From positions 1 to 64,000 of the IMG/VR virus record IMGVR_UViG_2974732664_000001: a stretch of 64,000 nucleotides of DNA. The stretch is one strand, 5' to 3'. The position numbers were made by a program, and so were the translations under genes. Positions 28,370 through 37,998 of this stretch are shown here, piece by piece (within the stretch, counting starts at the first letter, position 1; each line of letters opens with the position of its first letter). The notes under the pieces are model-generated. The model ran no database searches and was not told the origin of the DNA. It worked only from the letters and a program-made list of their open reading frames with translations. Source of the stretch: a virus. Its lineage: Duplodnaviria > Caudoviricetes.

Positions 28370-28645
28370 ACAGAAACATTCCTGAGGGAATGGTGTATGA
28401 ACTGCGAGCAGAAGAGTACACATTCATGCATGGTATTATCGTTATTGTTTATAACGAAATGCAAAGACGATATTATTAGTTTATATTAAAAGGCATCCTT
28501 AAACATTCTCTGCGGAGAATAGGTAATCCGCCCTGCGGGGCAGGATTGCCAATGGGTGTCTTTTATTCTTTATTACAGTTATATGTAATATAGGAACTAG
28601 GTAAATGGCTGATTCAAGTAAATTGTTTAATTTTAATCAAACTAT

Positions 28646-29194
28646 ATGAATAAGAAATCAATTAAATTGAACTCAGCAAACATCATCACAATTCGTAAGA
28701 ATATTGATATTACTATCAATAAGTATTGGCGAATTATTCGAGCAGAGAACCTCATGTCTAAAAAGGCAATTGCAGCAAAGCAGGGTTCTGGCTTAGATCT
28801 CAAGAGCTTGTATAACCAGATTGTGCAGCTTAGTGAGAAGCGTATTATGATTAAGGGTATTTTGGTAGCTCTTAATACAGGTACAACTACATTCTCTTAC
28901 GAGGATTTTAAGAAGACAAATAACTATAGTATTTTCGCAGCATGCGAGGCAAAGGAGGCAATAGCACAACTTAAGATGATCAAGACACTTGATCCATCAA
29001 CTAAGGCAAAGAAGGGATTGAAGGCTATGCCTAAGCGTGAGATATTCTCATCAGCTAAGATTGCTCAGCTTATCCATGATCAGCAACTACTAGCAAATAA
29101 GTTTGACGCTAATCTCGAGAAGTTTAACAATGAGACTTCTATTGAGATTAAAGATACTATTGCAGATAAGTTCGAGATGGATCTGACAGTTTAA
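28646..29194 (+). CDS. Hypothetical basic helical protein
   Basis: ORF track. Confidence 0.8.
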   Translation: MNKKSIKLNSANIITIRKNIDITINKYWRIIRAENLMSKKAIAAKQGSGLDLKSLYNQIVQLSEKRIMIKGILVALNTGTTTFSYEDFKKTNNYSIFAACEAKEAIAQLKMIKTLDPSTKAKKGLKAMPKREIFSSAKIAQLIHDQQLLANKFDANLEKFNNETSIEIKDTIADKFEMDLTV

Positions 29195-29202
29195 ATACTA
29201 TA

Positions 29203-29263
29203 GGTTCGAGACAAATATAAGGGTCGCCGAAAGGAGTAAGATCGAGGCTTACACGAACCACAA
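29203..29263 (+). ncRNA. Mini tRNA-like element
   Basis: GGTTCG/CGAACC-A-CAA acceptor; GTAAG-ATCGAGG-CTTAC T arm. Confidence 0.55.
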
Positions 29264-29318
29264 TAAGGAATCCCTTGCCCTAAAAATAACATTATTAACA
29301 CATTAAATTATCAAAATT

Positions 29319-30272
29319 ATGTCAAAGAAGAATAACAAGAAGAACCTCAAGAAGGTTCAGGCTAAGATAGGAACTACACCAGTTAAGGCTGAGGCAGCTA
29401 AGAAGGAAGAGTCTAAGGCTGCTATAAAGAATGCAGAAATTGCTGCAGCAAAAGACGATGCTAAGGCAAAGAAGAAGGCTGAAAAGAAAGCTCACGAGGA
29501 GGCTAAATATGCTGCCTCTAAAGCTCGCATAGAGGCCCGTAAGGCGCGCAAAAAGAGCATCATGGATAAACTGATCGACTCCAAGAAGGAAAAGGCTTCA
29601 GAGCCTGTTAAAATCACTCTGGAAGACCGCCTGAAGAATCAGGAAGAGCGTCGTAATGTCGCCATGGCTCGTCATATCGCATCAATTACCCGTCGGTGCA
29701 AGCGTATGCATCTCAATGATGCCGACACCAAGAAGGTGATAGACATCGCAAAGAAGCAGTGGGACAACGCCACTGTATACAATATTACAGTTGTATGTGA
29801 TTCTATTCTGAAAAAGAAGAAGGAGCTCGGGAAGTTGGTAAAGGATTGCGGCATTAAATCTGCATGTATTACTAACTCTACAGCATTCTTTAAGAATGTG
29901 CCAGCAAGTGTGGTAGCAAAACTGCGTGATCTTGTAGGTAATGCTACATTCTATCAGTATCGTTCTGATGATAAGTCTCCATTCGAGGAGGCTGGCATAG
30001 ATATGTCAGGCAATCACAACAAGCATAAGAAGGGAGGTGATCCTCATACTATCGAGTGCTCAAAGAACGCTAGTGTGAACTTCTACAATCTCCGTAAAGC
30101 TAAGAAGAAGGCTAAGGAGATGCTCGAGAAGAACACGTATAACTTCCGTCACGGCTCTAAGGCTGAAGGACGTAAGCTTCGTCGTGGGCTCAAAGTTAAG
30201 GCTAAAGCCGTAAACAAAAAGCCTACACAGGTGAAAGAAGTTAAACAAAAGTCAGTTAAACAAGCAGCTTAA
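29319..30272 (+). CDS. Very basic Lys/Ala-rich protein (possible nucleic-acid binder)
   Basis: ORF track; amino-acid composition. Confidence 0.8.
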   Translation: MSKKNNKKNLKKVQAKIGTTPVKAEAAKKEESKAAIKNAEIAAAKDDAKAKKKAEKKAHEEAKYAASKARIEARKARKKSIMDKLIDSKKEKASEPVKITLEDRLKNQEERRNVAMARHIASITRRCKRMHLNDADTKKVIDIAKKQWDNATVYNITVVCDSILKKKKELGKLVKDCGIKSACITNSTAFFKNVPASVVAKLRDLVGNATFYQYRSDDKSPFEEAGIDMSGNHNKHKKGGDPHTIECSKNASVNFYNLRKAKKKAKEMLEKNTYNFRHGSKAEGRKLRRGLKVKAKAVNKKPTQVKEVKQKSVKQAA

Positions 30273-30289
30273 TCATAGGAGGCAACGTT

Positions 30290-30952
30290 ATGAATACCCA
30301 GAATAATCAATATTTGGACGATTATGTTAAAAAATATCGTGACATCAAAGAGAAGTGGCTTAAAGACTTTAACAAGTCTCACGGAACTACTTCTAAGTTC
30401 TGTAAAGAACATTGTATCCATGGTCTTTCCCGGAAGAAACCTTGGTTCATACTGCTCAAGCGTTATTCGATCAAAATTGAATCTAGCAGAAAGGTTACGA
30501 AGCTTAACCATACCGAGCTCATGGAAGGGTATGTTCAACACAAGTTGCAGAAATGGGAGCGAAAGCACCCGTGCCCGGTTAAGAAAGACGACTTGTTCTA
30601 CGAGCAGCAGTTCCCAGTTTGGGAAGCAGAAAAGAATGCTGCAGAAGAACATATTAGAGACTTAGTTGTCGCTAAATATGACAAATTACAACTTGTGGGA
30701 CGATTCCAGCATTCGGACGACAAGTTTACTGAGCAGGAAGTTGCTCAGATAAAAGACAATGGCGAAACTGCTAAGTATGGAGGTGTAAACAAACTTCCGG
30801 AACACAGTAAAGTCATGAAGATGGCTCATAAGGAGACAAATAAGGTAAAAGCAAAACGAGGTAATCTTGTTTGTACAAACCTTAAAGACCATCGAAAGAA
30901 GACGGGACGACTCCTGTTACCAGGCACAAATAAGATGCGAATGGCAGCTTAA
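30290..30952 (+). CDS. Hypothetical basic protein
   Basis: ORF track; AGGAGG upstream. Confidence 0.8.
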   Translation: MNTQNNQYLDDYVKKYRDIKEKWLKDFNKSHGTTSKFCKEHCIHGLSRKKPWFILLKRYSIKIESSRKVTKLNHTELMEGYVQHKLQKWERKHPCPVKKDDLFYEQQFPVWEAEKNAAEEHIRDLVVAKYDKLQLVGRFQHSDDKFTEQEVAQIKDNGETAKYGGVNKLPEHSKVMKMAHKETNKVKAKRGNLVCTNLKDHRKKTGRLLLPGTNKMRMAA

Positions 30953-30992
30953 GGCGTAACTTCTTCAAAACCGACCAGGACACCACTGGTCA

Positions 30993-31045
30993 CCCTAGTG
31001 TGCTCCGAAAGGATATGACTGCGAGGTGCAAACCCTCACTAGGGA
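30993..31045 (+). ncRNA. Mini tRNA-like element directly before DNA polymerase
   Basis: CCCTAGT/ACTAGGG-A acceptor; GAGG-TGCAAAC-CCTC T-like arm; internal TCC-GAAA-GGA hairpin. Confidence 0.55.
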
Positions 31046-31048
31046 ACT

Positions 31049-32959
31049 ATGATAGTAAAGGAAAGACCAGTAGTTCTATATGACATAGAAGTTTTTCCAA
31101 ACTGTTTTCATTGTACTTGTAAAGATTCAGAGAGTCATAAACTATATAAATTCGAGATATCCTGTCGTAAAAATCAACTAGAAGAACTAGTTGACTTCTT
31201 CTACACAAACAGAACTGATCATATAATGTGCGGCTACAACAATAAGCATTATGATGACATAATCATAAGTTACATTATACATTTCTGTAGTAGAATGAAG
31301 CGACTAGGATACTCGAGAATTTGTAGTTCTCTCTACTATCTTAGTAAAGAAATAATAAGTTCGGAAAAAACAGGAAATATTGATAAGATTAAAGTGTACA
31401 AGTATTCAAACTACTTCTATTCATTTGATCTTATGTTGATGCTCTATAGTGCCAAACAGCAAAAAAGCTTAAAAGAAATAGAAATACTCTTACATATGCC
31501 AAATGTACAAGAGTATGAAGGAAGCTTTGATCTGCAGATCCAAGAATGTGATATTGACGCTATGATAGAGTATAATGTGAACGACGTAGAAGCTACTGAG
31601 ACTTTGCTTAATAAAGTAAAAGAAGATGTAGAACTACGTATTGAAGTGGAAAAAGAATGGGGGTTTGATGCACTGTCGATGAGTGGTGTACGATTTGGAG
31701 AAGAAGTACTCTTGCGAAAGACTTTAGACATTACCAACACAACAAAAGACGAGCTAAAAACTCGTGTTCGAAAAGTCGGAAACATTCGCCTAGGTGACAT
31801 CATACTCCCATTTATACAATATTCTAATCCAAAGTTGAAAGAAGTCTTATTGGATGTAAAAAATGCTACTTGCAATGCAAGTAAGTCTGATAAGAAACAA
31901 GAAAACTATGAGAAGAAGTTTGTTCTCTCAAACATTTGCTACTCTATAGGTGAAGGTGGTATACACACCATAAACGAACCTAGAGTCTACAAACCTACAG
32001 CTGAACAGTTTATAGGACACTCCGACGTTACGTCTATGTATCCTTCGTTAGCCATTATAAACAATTGGCTTCCGGTTCACTTAGGAGAAGATTTTTGGAA
32101 TGTGTACAGCGCTCTATACAAGGAGCGCTTGGCTGCCAAACGTAATGGAGAGTTATTAAAGTCTAAGGCATTTAAACAGGCTCTTAATGCTCTTACAGGA
32201 AAGATGCAACAAGAAAGTAGCTGGGCTTATGATCCACTTAACGTATACAAGATACGTATAAATGGGCAACTTATACTACTTATGTTAGTGGATAGGCTTC
32301 TAGAATTGAATTGTAAGATTGTACAAGTCAATACAGATGGTGTCGTCTACATTGCCGACAAATCCGCCCGCTTCGCAATAGCCGATGCAATTAAGGAAGT
32401 TGAGCAATTAACCCAGTTAACATTCGAATCCGATGATTACGAGTCGTTTTATCAGTACGACGTGAACAATTACTTTGGTGTTCGCAAAGGATATTCCCAA
32501 TCTGGAGATCCAAGACTGATAGAAAAGAAAGGCAAGTTTATCACAGAAATTGGTCTTAACAACAGCATGACACCAGTTGTTATCTCCAAAGCTGTGATAA
32601 ACTATTTTTTGAACAATGAACCGATAGACAAGTTTATTAAGAAGGATAGAGATGTCCGTGATTTCTTGATGTCACAAAGCGTAAACAAGGAATCAAAAGT
32701 TGAATATGGAGGAAAACAGATTCAACGTATTAATAGATATTACGCGTCAAGCAGTGGCTATTATCTTATGAGAATTAAGGACAAAATGTACGAAAATCGT
32801 TCTGAAACAAAAATAACAGAATATGGAGTACGAATTCTTAACAAGATAGATGCCACACCAATAGAGAAACGTCATCTGGATTACCAATACTACATTAGCA
32901 AAGCAAAAAAGATAGCTAGTGAGTTTGTTAATCGCCAGTTGACAATATTCGATGATTAA
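31049..32959 (+). CDS. DNA polymerase family B
   Basis: Exo motifs YDIEVFPN, GYNNKHYD and YNVNDV; polymerase motifs SDVTSMYPS, KQALNALTGK and VNTDG. Confidence 0.93.
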   Translation: MIVKERPVVLYDIEVFPNCFHCTCKDSESHKLYKFEISCRKNQLEELVDFFYTNRTDHIMCGYNNKHYDDIIISYIIHFCSRMKRLGYSRICSSLYYLSKEIISSEKTGNIDKIKVYKYSNYFYSFDLMLMLYSAKQQKSLKEIEILLHMPNVQEYEGSFDLQIQECDIDAMIEYNVNDVEATETLLNKVKEDVELRIEVEKEWGFDALSMSGVRFGEEVLLRKTLDITNTTKDELKTRVRKVGNIRLGDIILPFIQYSNPKLKEVLLDVKNATCNASKSDKKQENYEKKFVLSNICYSIGEGGIHTINEPRVYKPTAEQFIGHSDVTSMYPSLAIINNWLPVHLGEDFWNVYSALYKERLAAKRNGELLKSKAFKQALNALTGKMQQESSWAYDPLNVYKIRINGQLILLMLVDRLLELNCKIVQVNTDGVVYIADKSARFAIADAIKEVEQLTQLTFESDDYESFYQYDVNNYFGVRKGYSQSGDPRLIEKKGKFITEIGLNNSMTPVVISKAVINYFLNNEPIDKFIKKDRDVRDFLMSQSVNKESKVEYGGKQIQRINRYYASSSGYYLMRIKDKMYENRSETKITEYGVRILNKIDATPIEKRHLDYQYYISKAKKIASEFVNRQLTIFDD

Positions 32960-32980
32960 TCGTTTATCAACGTATATAAG

Positions 32981-33547
32981 ATGATTATTGAACTAAACAC
33001 AAAACTCCTGGACATTCCAGGACTAAATTCAAATCAATTAATATTCCTAAGTTTGGTATTGGATAAGAATCAAAAAACCTATAATCAAGACGTCCGCAAA
33101 ATTGTCAGCCTAGTTAGCGACGAAGAAATATCAAACTTAATTTCTCAGGGACTTATTACCTCGATCGAGAGAGGTAAGTCAATTACATATCATGCAACAG
33201 ATACGCTTAAGGATATAGTTCGACCTAAACAGGACTATTTCGATCTGTTTTATGAAATGTACCCAATATACGTTCTACGACCAGATGGCACCAAAAACTA
33301 TCTGAGAGCCAACGTTAACAAGTGTAGACATTTATTTAATGTTTATGTAGGTCAAAGCGAAGCTATGGCTCAACATCTTATTCAGTGTCTCGACTTCGAA
33401 ATGAAGAAAAAGACTAACGAGGGTAAACTAAGTTATATGAAGACGATGTGGAGATGGCTCGTAGACCATCAATGGGAAGAATCTGAGGAAGAAATGCAAG
33501 ACAACTCTAAAATTGAGGAATCGACTTATGGAACAGAACTTATCTAA
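32981..33547 (+). CDS. Putative replication initiator / helicase-loader-like protein
   Basis: Winged-helix-like N-terminus, FDLFYEMYP and W-rich C-terminus; directly precedes DnaB. Confidence 0.55.
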   Translation: MIIELNTKLLDIPGLNSNQLIFLSLVLDKNQKTYNQDVRKIVSLVSDEEISNLISQGLITSIERGKSITYHATDTLKDIVRPKQDYFDLFYEMYPIYVLRPDGTKNYLRANVNKCRHLFNVYVGQSEAMAQHLIQCLDFEMKKKTNEGKLSYMKTMWRWLVDHQWEESEEEMQDNSKIEESTYGTELI

Positions 33548-34454
33548 TCTTATAAGACCAATGTCAGTTGTAGCCCAAGAGGCAATAAACTACATATCTG
33601 GTCGTAGAGATCACTCTATAACATCTCTAAAGACTAGATGGACTAAGTTTAATAAGCAGTGTATGGGAGGTATTGAACCTAATACCGTTTATACCATAGC
33701 TGGTATTTCAGGAAGTGGTAAGAGCTCATTCGCAAATGAGATCTCAACTGATATTGTTGATTTGAATCCTGGTGAAGAAATAGTAATTCTGATTTTCTCG
33801 TTAGAGATGGTTGGATTTAGGCAAGTTGGAAGAACGCTTTCTAGTAAGCTTAGGAAAACGACTTCGACTTTGTATAGTTCGGAAACGGACCTAGATGACG
33901 ATACCTTCAGAAAAGTCATCTCAGTATCTAATCAACTAAAGGAGTATCCTATATGGTTTGTAGATAACCCTACAACTCCCAAAGAAGCAGAAGATATTAT
34001 TAAGTATTTCTATAATACATACATAAAGGGTACCGATAAACATTTTGTGATAATGTACGACCATGCTCTATTGACGAAGCCGATAGGCAGCGTTATAGAA
34101 ACCATGCAGGAACTCGAAAGAGTTTTCATAAGTGCTAAAAAGTACCCTATGACATCAGTGTTACAACTAGCACAGATGAATAGAAATATTGAATCACCAG
34201 AAAGAATAAACAATTCTTTGTCGCATTATCCTATGAGAAGCGACATTTCATCTGCTGATGCTTTATTTCAAGCTAGCGATTATGTTATAGTTATTCATAG
34301 GCCTGAAATTCTTGGAATACAAGAATACGGCCCGAGCCATTTACCTACTCAGAACAAGGTGTATCTACACATCTTGAAGAATCGAGACGCAGGAAAGCCC
34401 TGCATACTTGAATTCCAGAATGACTTAGCGTATAACAACTTGATAGAAAGTTAA
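33528..34454 (+). CDS. Replicative helicase, DnaB-like (SF4)
   Basis: Walker A AGISGSGKS, FSLEM, LAQMNR, SDISSADALFQASD, ILKNRD. Confidence 0.92.
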   Translation: MEQNLSNLIRPMSVVAQEAINYISGRRDHSITSLKTRWTKFNKQCMGGIEPNTVYTIAGISGSGKSSFANEISTDIVDLNPGEEIVILIFSLEMVGFRQVGRTLSSKLRKTTSTLYSSETDLDDDTFRKVISVSNQLKEYPIWFVDNPTTPKEAEDIIKYFYNTYIKGTDKHFVIMYDHALLTKPIGSVIETMQELERVFISAKKYPMTSVLQLAQMNRNIESPERINNSLSHYPMRSDISSADALFQASDYVIVIHRPEILGIQEYGPSHLPTQNKVYLHILKNRDAGKPCILEFQNDLAYNNLIES

Positions 34455-34477
34455 GCAATTAAAATTTAGGCTGAATT

Positions 34478-34933
34478 ATGACAACATACGATATTAAGTT
34501 TACTGACAACAACATTAAGAACACTAACAATGGTAACATTTATTCTCAGATTCTCGACGATATTATTCTTTCTACTGTAAAGAAGAACAACTCTTATTTG
34601 TTTAACACAAAGAAGGAGGATGACGATCTGATTGATGCCATGTTCGACGAGTTGGATCATACTTATATCTACAAGCCTCTGAAGGGCGACACTTTGTTCG
34701 CAAAGGCTTGTGATATTCTTGCTAACTATGGCAAGAAGAAGAGTATTATGAAGGGTATTAAGTTCGGTAAGATTTACCGTCTTGAGAATGGTCTCCCTGT
34801 CATTTTCTACAATGATGAGATTCAGATTGGTACCGACATTTATAGTTACTCTGATTTTAGTGATTACAACTTCATCTCTTCACTTAGTCCAGAGATTAAG
34901 AAGACAATCATTAATATTAACATTAAGCTTTAA
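34478..34933 (+). CDS. Hypothetical protein
   Basis: ORF track. Confidence 0.8.
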   Translation: MTTYDIKFTDNNIKNTNNGNIYSQILDDIILSTVKKNNSYLFNTKKEDDDLIDAMFDELDHTYIYKPLKGDTLFAKACDILANYGKKKSIMKGIKFGKIYRLENGLPVIFYNDEIQIGTDIYSYSDFSDYNFISSLSPEIKKTIININIKL

Positions 34934-34958
34934 TTAAAACTTTTAGTATCATTGTATC

Positions 34959-35699
34959 ATGAGTTTAACATTACCTACTAGTAAAATTCCTGCAGTTTCT
35001 GAAAATCCTAGATATCTTATACTCTATGGTCTTCCAAAGGCTGGTAAGACATCTTGTCTTGCACAGCTGGATAATAACCTTATCATAGACCTTGAGGGAG
35101 GCTCTGTCTTCGTTGATGCGATGGCCATCCAGTGTCGTACGATCAACGATTTAGGAGAAGCAGCAAGTGCCATTCGTGCCAAGAATAAAGAAGTAGGTCA
35201 TAATTTCTATAAGCATATCACTATCGATAATGCTACACGACTTGAGGATATTTGTATGAGCTATGCTTGTACACTCTATCGACAAACTCCAATGGGTAAG
35301 AAGTGGGACGGCACAGACGTAACCACATTACCTAACGGTGCTGGATATAAGTATCTTAGAGACGCAGTAAAGAAGGTAGTTGATATGTTCCGAGATTTGT
35401 GTGACGAATTTATTCTTGTAGGTCACGTTAAAGACACCGTAACTGAAAAGGATGGTGTTGAAGTTTCTGCAAAAGAGCTCGACTTAGTTGGTAAGCTGAG
35501 TAAAATCGTGTGTGGATTAGCCGATGCGGTTGGTTATGTATATCGCAAAGGAAATGAAACGCATATATCCTTTAAAGGTGGTACATCTGATACCATCATG
35601 GAGGCTCGTGCAAGACACATAGCCGGAAAGGATATCGTTATTGCAGAAGGTAATGAAGATGGGACACTTACAACGCATTGGGATAGAATATTTAAGTAA
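34959..35699 (+). CDS. AAA_24 / Sak4-like ATPase (putative recombinase)
   Basis: YGLPKAGKTS, IDLEGG, ITIDN, ILVGH, ADAVGY. Confidence 0.8.
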   Translation: MSLTLPTSKIPAVSENPRYLILYGLPKAGKTSCLAQLDNNLIIDLEGGSVFVDAMAIQCRTINDLGEAASAIRAKNKEVGHNFYKHITIDNATRLEDICMSYACTLYRQTPMGKKWDGTDVTTLPNGAGYKYLRDAVKKVVDMFRDLCDEFILVGHVKDTVTEKDGVEVSAKELDLVGKLSKIVCGLADAVGYVYRKGNETHISFKGGTSDTIMEARARHIAGKDIVIAEGNEDGTLTTHWDRIFK

Positions 35700-35789
35700 A
35701 TTGATATATCGATCTATTCGATCAGTAGCATACTATGCTGAGAATAAACTTGATATGTTAGCATTACGTATATTAAAATAATAGAGATT

Positions 35790-36395
35790 ATGTTTAGTAC
35801 AAAGACAGCCGCAATTAGCAACGAAGAATTTAGTAATAGTAGTTATATGCCAGTAGGCATCAATCAGAATGTCACTCTTAAAGAGGTAAACTGCAACAAG
35901 TCTCCTCAGGGTCTCGATTTCCTCGAGATCGTATTTGAGAATGAGGATGGTCAGACAGCTACTATGACAGAGTGGAAGAATACAAAGGGAATGTATATTA
36001 AGACAGACGAAGACTTGCAGAAGCGTGATAATGCTAAGTTTGGACGAGTTTGTCAGATTCTTGATTGTTTCTACCCACAGAGACCAGATGCAGAGCTTTC
36101 TACATTCAAGGAGATGATTGACTGGACAAAGCAGATGCTTGACCCTATGATTGCTACCAAGAAAAAGCTCCGTTTGAAGGTTATCTATGACAAGAAGGGC
36201 TATACTCAAGTAAGTAAGCTCGGAATCTTCGTTGAAGACATGTCTAATACAGATTCGCAGATTAAGCTCTTTAAGAACGATCTTATGGAGCGACCAGTTG
36301 TTGCAGATAAGGAGAACAACGATCCGCTTAACATGCCACCAACCGTTACTCCGGAAACTGCGAATGCAGAAGGCGCATCAGATCTTCCCTTTTAA
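35790..36395 (+). CDS. Putative single-stranded DNA-binding protein
   Basis: Follows the Sak4-like gene; flexible tail ending SDLPF. Confidence 0.65.
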   Translation: MFSTKTAAISNEEFSNSSYMPVGINQNVTLKEVNCNKSPQGLDFLEIVFENEDGQTATMTEWKNTKGMYIKTDEDLQKRDNAKFGRVCQILDCFYPQRPDAELSTFKEMIDWTKQMLDPMIATKKKLRLKVIYDKKGYTQVSKLGIFVEDMSNTDSQIKLFKNDLMERPVVADKENNDPLNMPPTVTPETANAEGASDLPF

Positions 36396-36591
36396 GGGGT
36401 TTACGCCTGAAGAAATAAAAATACTACTTGATTGTATGAAATCCGGTAAATGGTTCTTATACTGTTTACATAGCAGGAGTGCCAAACTATACAACAAGTG
36501 GATACACCCCAGGGAGGTAATACTGCCATGAAAGGGTGTTGGTGGAGCTAGGTAATTCAGTTACCCTTTGGAGGTGAAATGCCTCCAATAA

Positions 36592-36717
36592 GGCTCGCAG
36601 GGTGTCGTGAGACACAAGCATGGACGTATGCGAAAACAGATCCAAATCGACGTTTTAATCATGTTTTGTTATATAGACAAAAAGTCCAGTAGGGTTCGAA
36701 TCCCTACAAAGCCACAA
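36592..36717 (+). ncRNA. tRNA-like element with expanded interior
   Basis: GTAGGG-TTCGAAT-CCCTAC T arm; GGCT/AGCC-A-CAA end. Confidence 0.5.
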
Positions 36718-36947
36718 CATTTCTGATGATAAGAAGAGCTACAGCTTGTGAAAGTAATAGCTCTGTCCGCCTGTGAAGGCCGATATTATCTATGATGCAC
36801 AGTTTACCTGGCATCAGATTTCATACGCGTGTACGCTACGTAAGTGCGGGTTTGAATAACCTAAAGTCCGAGCTTAGCATCTCCGTAAACTGCTATACGT
36901 CCGTCAACGTAGACCTGAGCATGTCATTAAACTGCTCATTTTTATAA

Positions 36948-37012
36948 GGGCGTGATGAAGGAAAGATCTAATATAGAAATATATAGCCACAGTTCGAGGC
37001 TGTGGGCGCCCA
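36948..37012 (+). ncRNA. Mini tRNA-like element directly before primase
   Basis: GGGCGT/GCGCCC-A acceptor; CACAG-TTCGAGG-CTGTG T arm. Confidence 0.6.
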
Positions 37013-37026
37013 CTAACTTATAAATT

Positions 37027-37998
37027 ATGTATAGTACTAGAACAGCGATTACTATGTCCTTGAAAGATATCTTGGACAAAGTAAATGATTTAGACATCTA
37101 TACGTATTGTTTAGGACAATTTAAAGTTGGAAAACTTATGAATAGTCCTTTAAGGTCTGGAGATAAGAATCCTTCATTTGGAATATTTCATTCTAAAACA
37201 GGAGGGTTATTATGGAAAGATCTTGGAACTGGAGAATGCGGAAACTCTCTGAAGTTCCTAAAAGAATACAAAGGTATAACGACTAGAGAAGAGCTTGAAC
37301 GAGAATTATTGAGAATCGTACGCAGAATAAATCCTAATACAATCGCAAGGACAAATACGTACGATAAACCGAAAGGAGATACCGATATCGGAATAGTTCG
37401 ACAGCCGTTTACCAATGTAGACAAACAGTACTGGAAACAGTTCGGAATACATATTGATACACTAAAAAAGTTCAATGTGTTTAGCATTAAATACTTTCTT
37501 TGTAATAGTATCGTCCGAAGTATCTACAAAGAAAATAGTCCTATGTATGCATATAAAGTGTATGATAAGTTTAAGATTTATCGTCCACTTGCTTCCAAGT
37601 TTACTAAATGGCGTACCAATCTGACGAATCGGCACGTACAGGGATTATCCGAATTGCCTAAGGAAGGAGGCGACCTACTCATAATAACAAAATCACTGAA
37701 AGATGTGATGTGTTGCTACGAGATGGGTTTTAATGCAATAGCTGCTGCTAGCGAAACTGTGTTTATACCTGAAGACATACTCAGGTCTCTACGTTCCAAA
37801 TGGAAACATATAGTTATACTGTATGATAGAGATCAAACCGGTATGCTTAAGGCTAGACAATATAGTAAGCAATACAAAATAGATGCTTTTTTCATTAATA
37901 AAAAATTTAAAGCCAAAGATCTATCAGATGCTGTTCGTGACAACGGATTTAGCACCATGAAAGACTGGTTAACAAAAACGTTACAGAAATATGATTGA
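37027..37998 (+). CDS. DNA primase (DnaG-like, Toprim)
   Basis: SPLRSGDKNPSF...WKDLGTGECG N-terminal domain; IITKSLKD, LYDRDQTG, KDLSD. Confidence 0.88.
   Translation: MYSTRTAITMSLKDILDKVNDLDIYTYCLGQFKVGKLMNSPLRSGDKNPSFGIFHSKTGGLLWKDLGTGECGNSLKFLKEYKGITTREELERELLRIVRRINPNTIARTNTYDKPKGDTDIGIVRQPFTNVDKQYWKQFGIHIDTLKKFNVFSIKYFLCNSIVRSIYKENSPMYAYKVYDKFKIYRPLASKFTKWRTNLTNRHVQGLSELPKEGGDLLIITKSLKDVMCCYEMGFNAIAAASETVFIPEDILRSLRSKWKHIVILYDRDQTGMLKARQYSKQYKIDAFFINKKFKAKDLSDAVRDNGFSTMKDWLTKTLQKYD

Noticed and set aside
36723-36763. Second hammerhead (CTGATGA...GAAA)
   Set aside because: No proper stem II closing pair, stem III or NUH site; better explained as a GTGA hairpin.
31049-37998. Introns or inteins in polymerase, helicase or primase
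   Set aside because: The ORFs are uninterrupted, of ordinary length, and show normal motif spacing.
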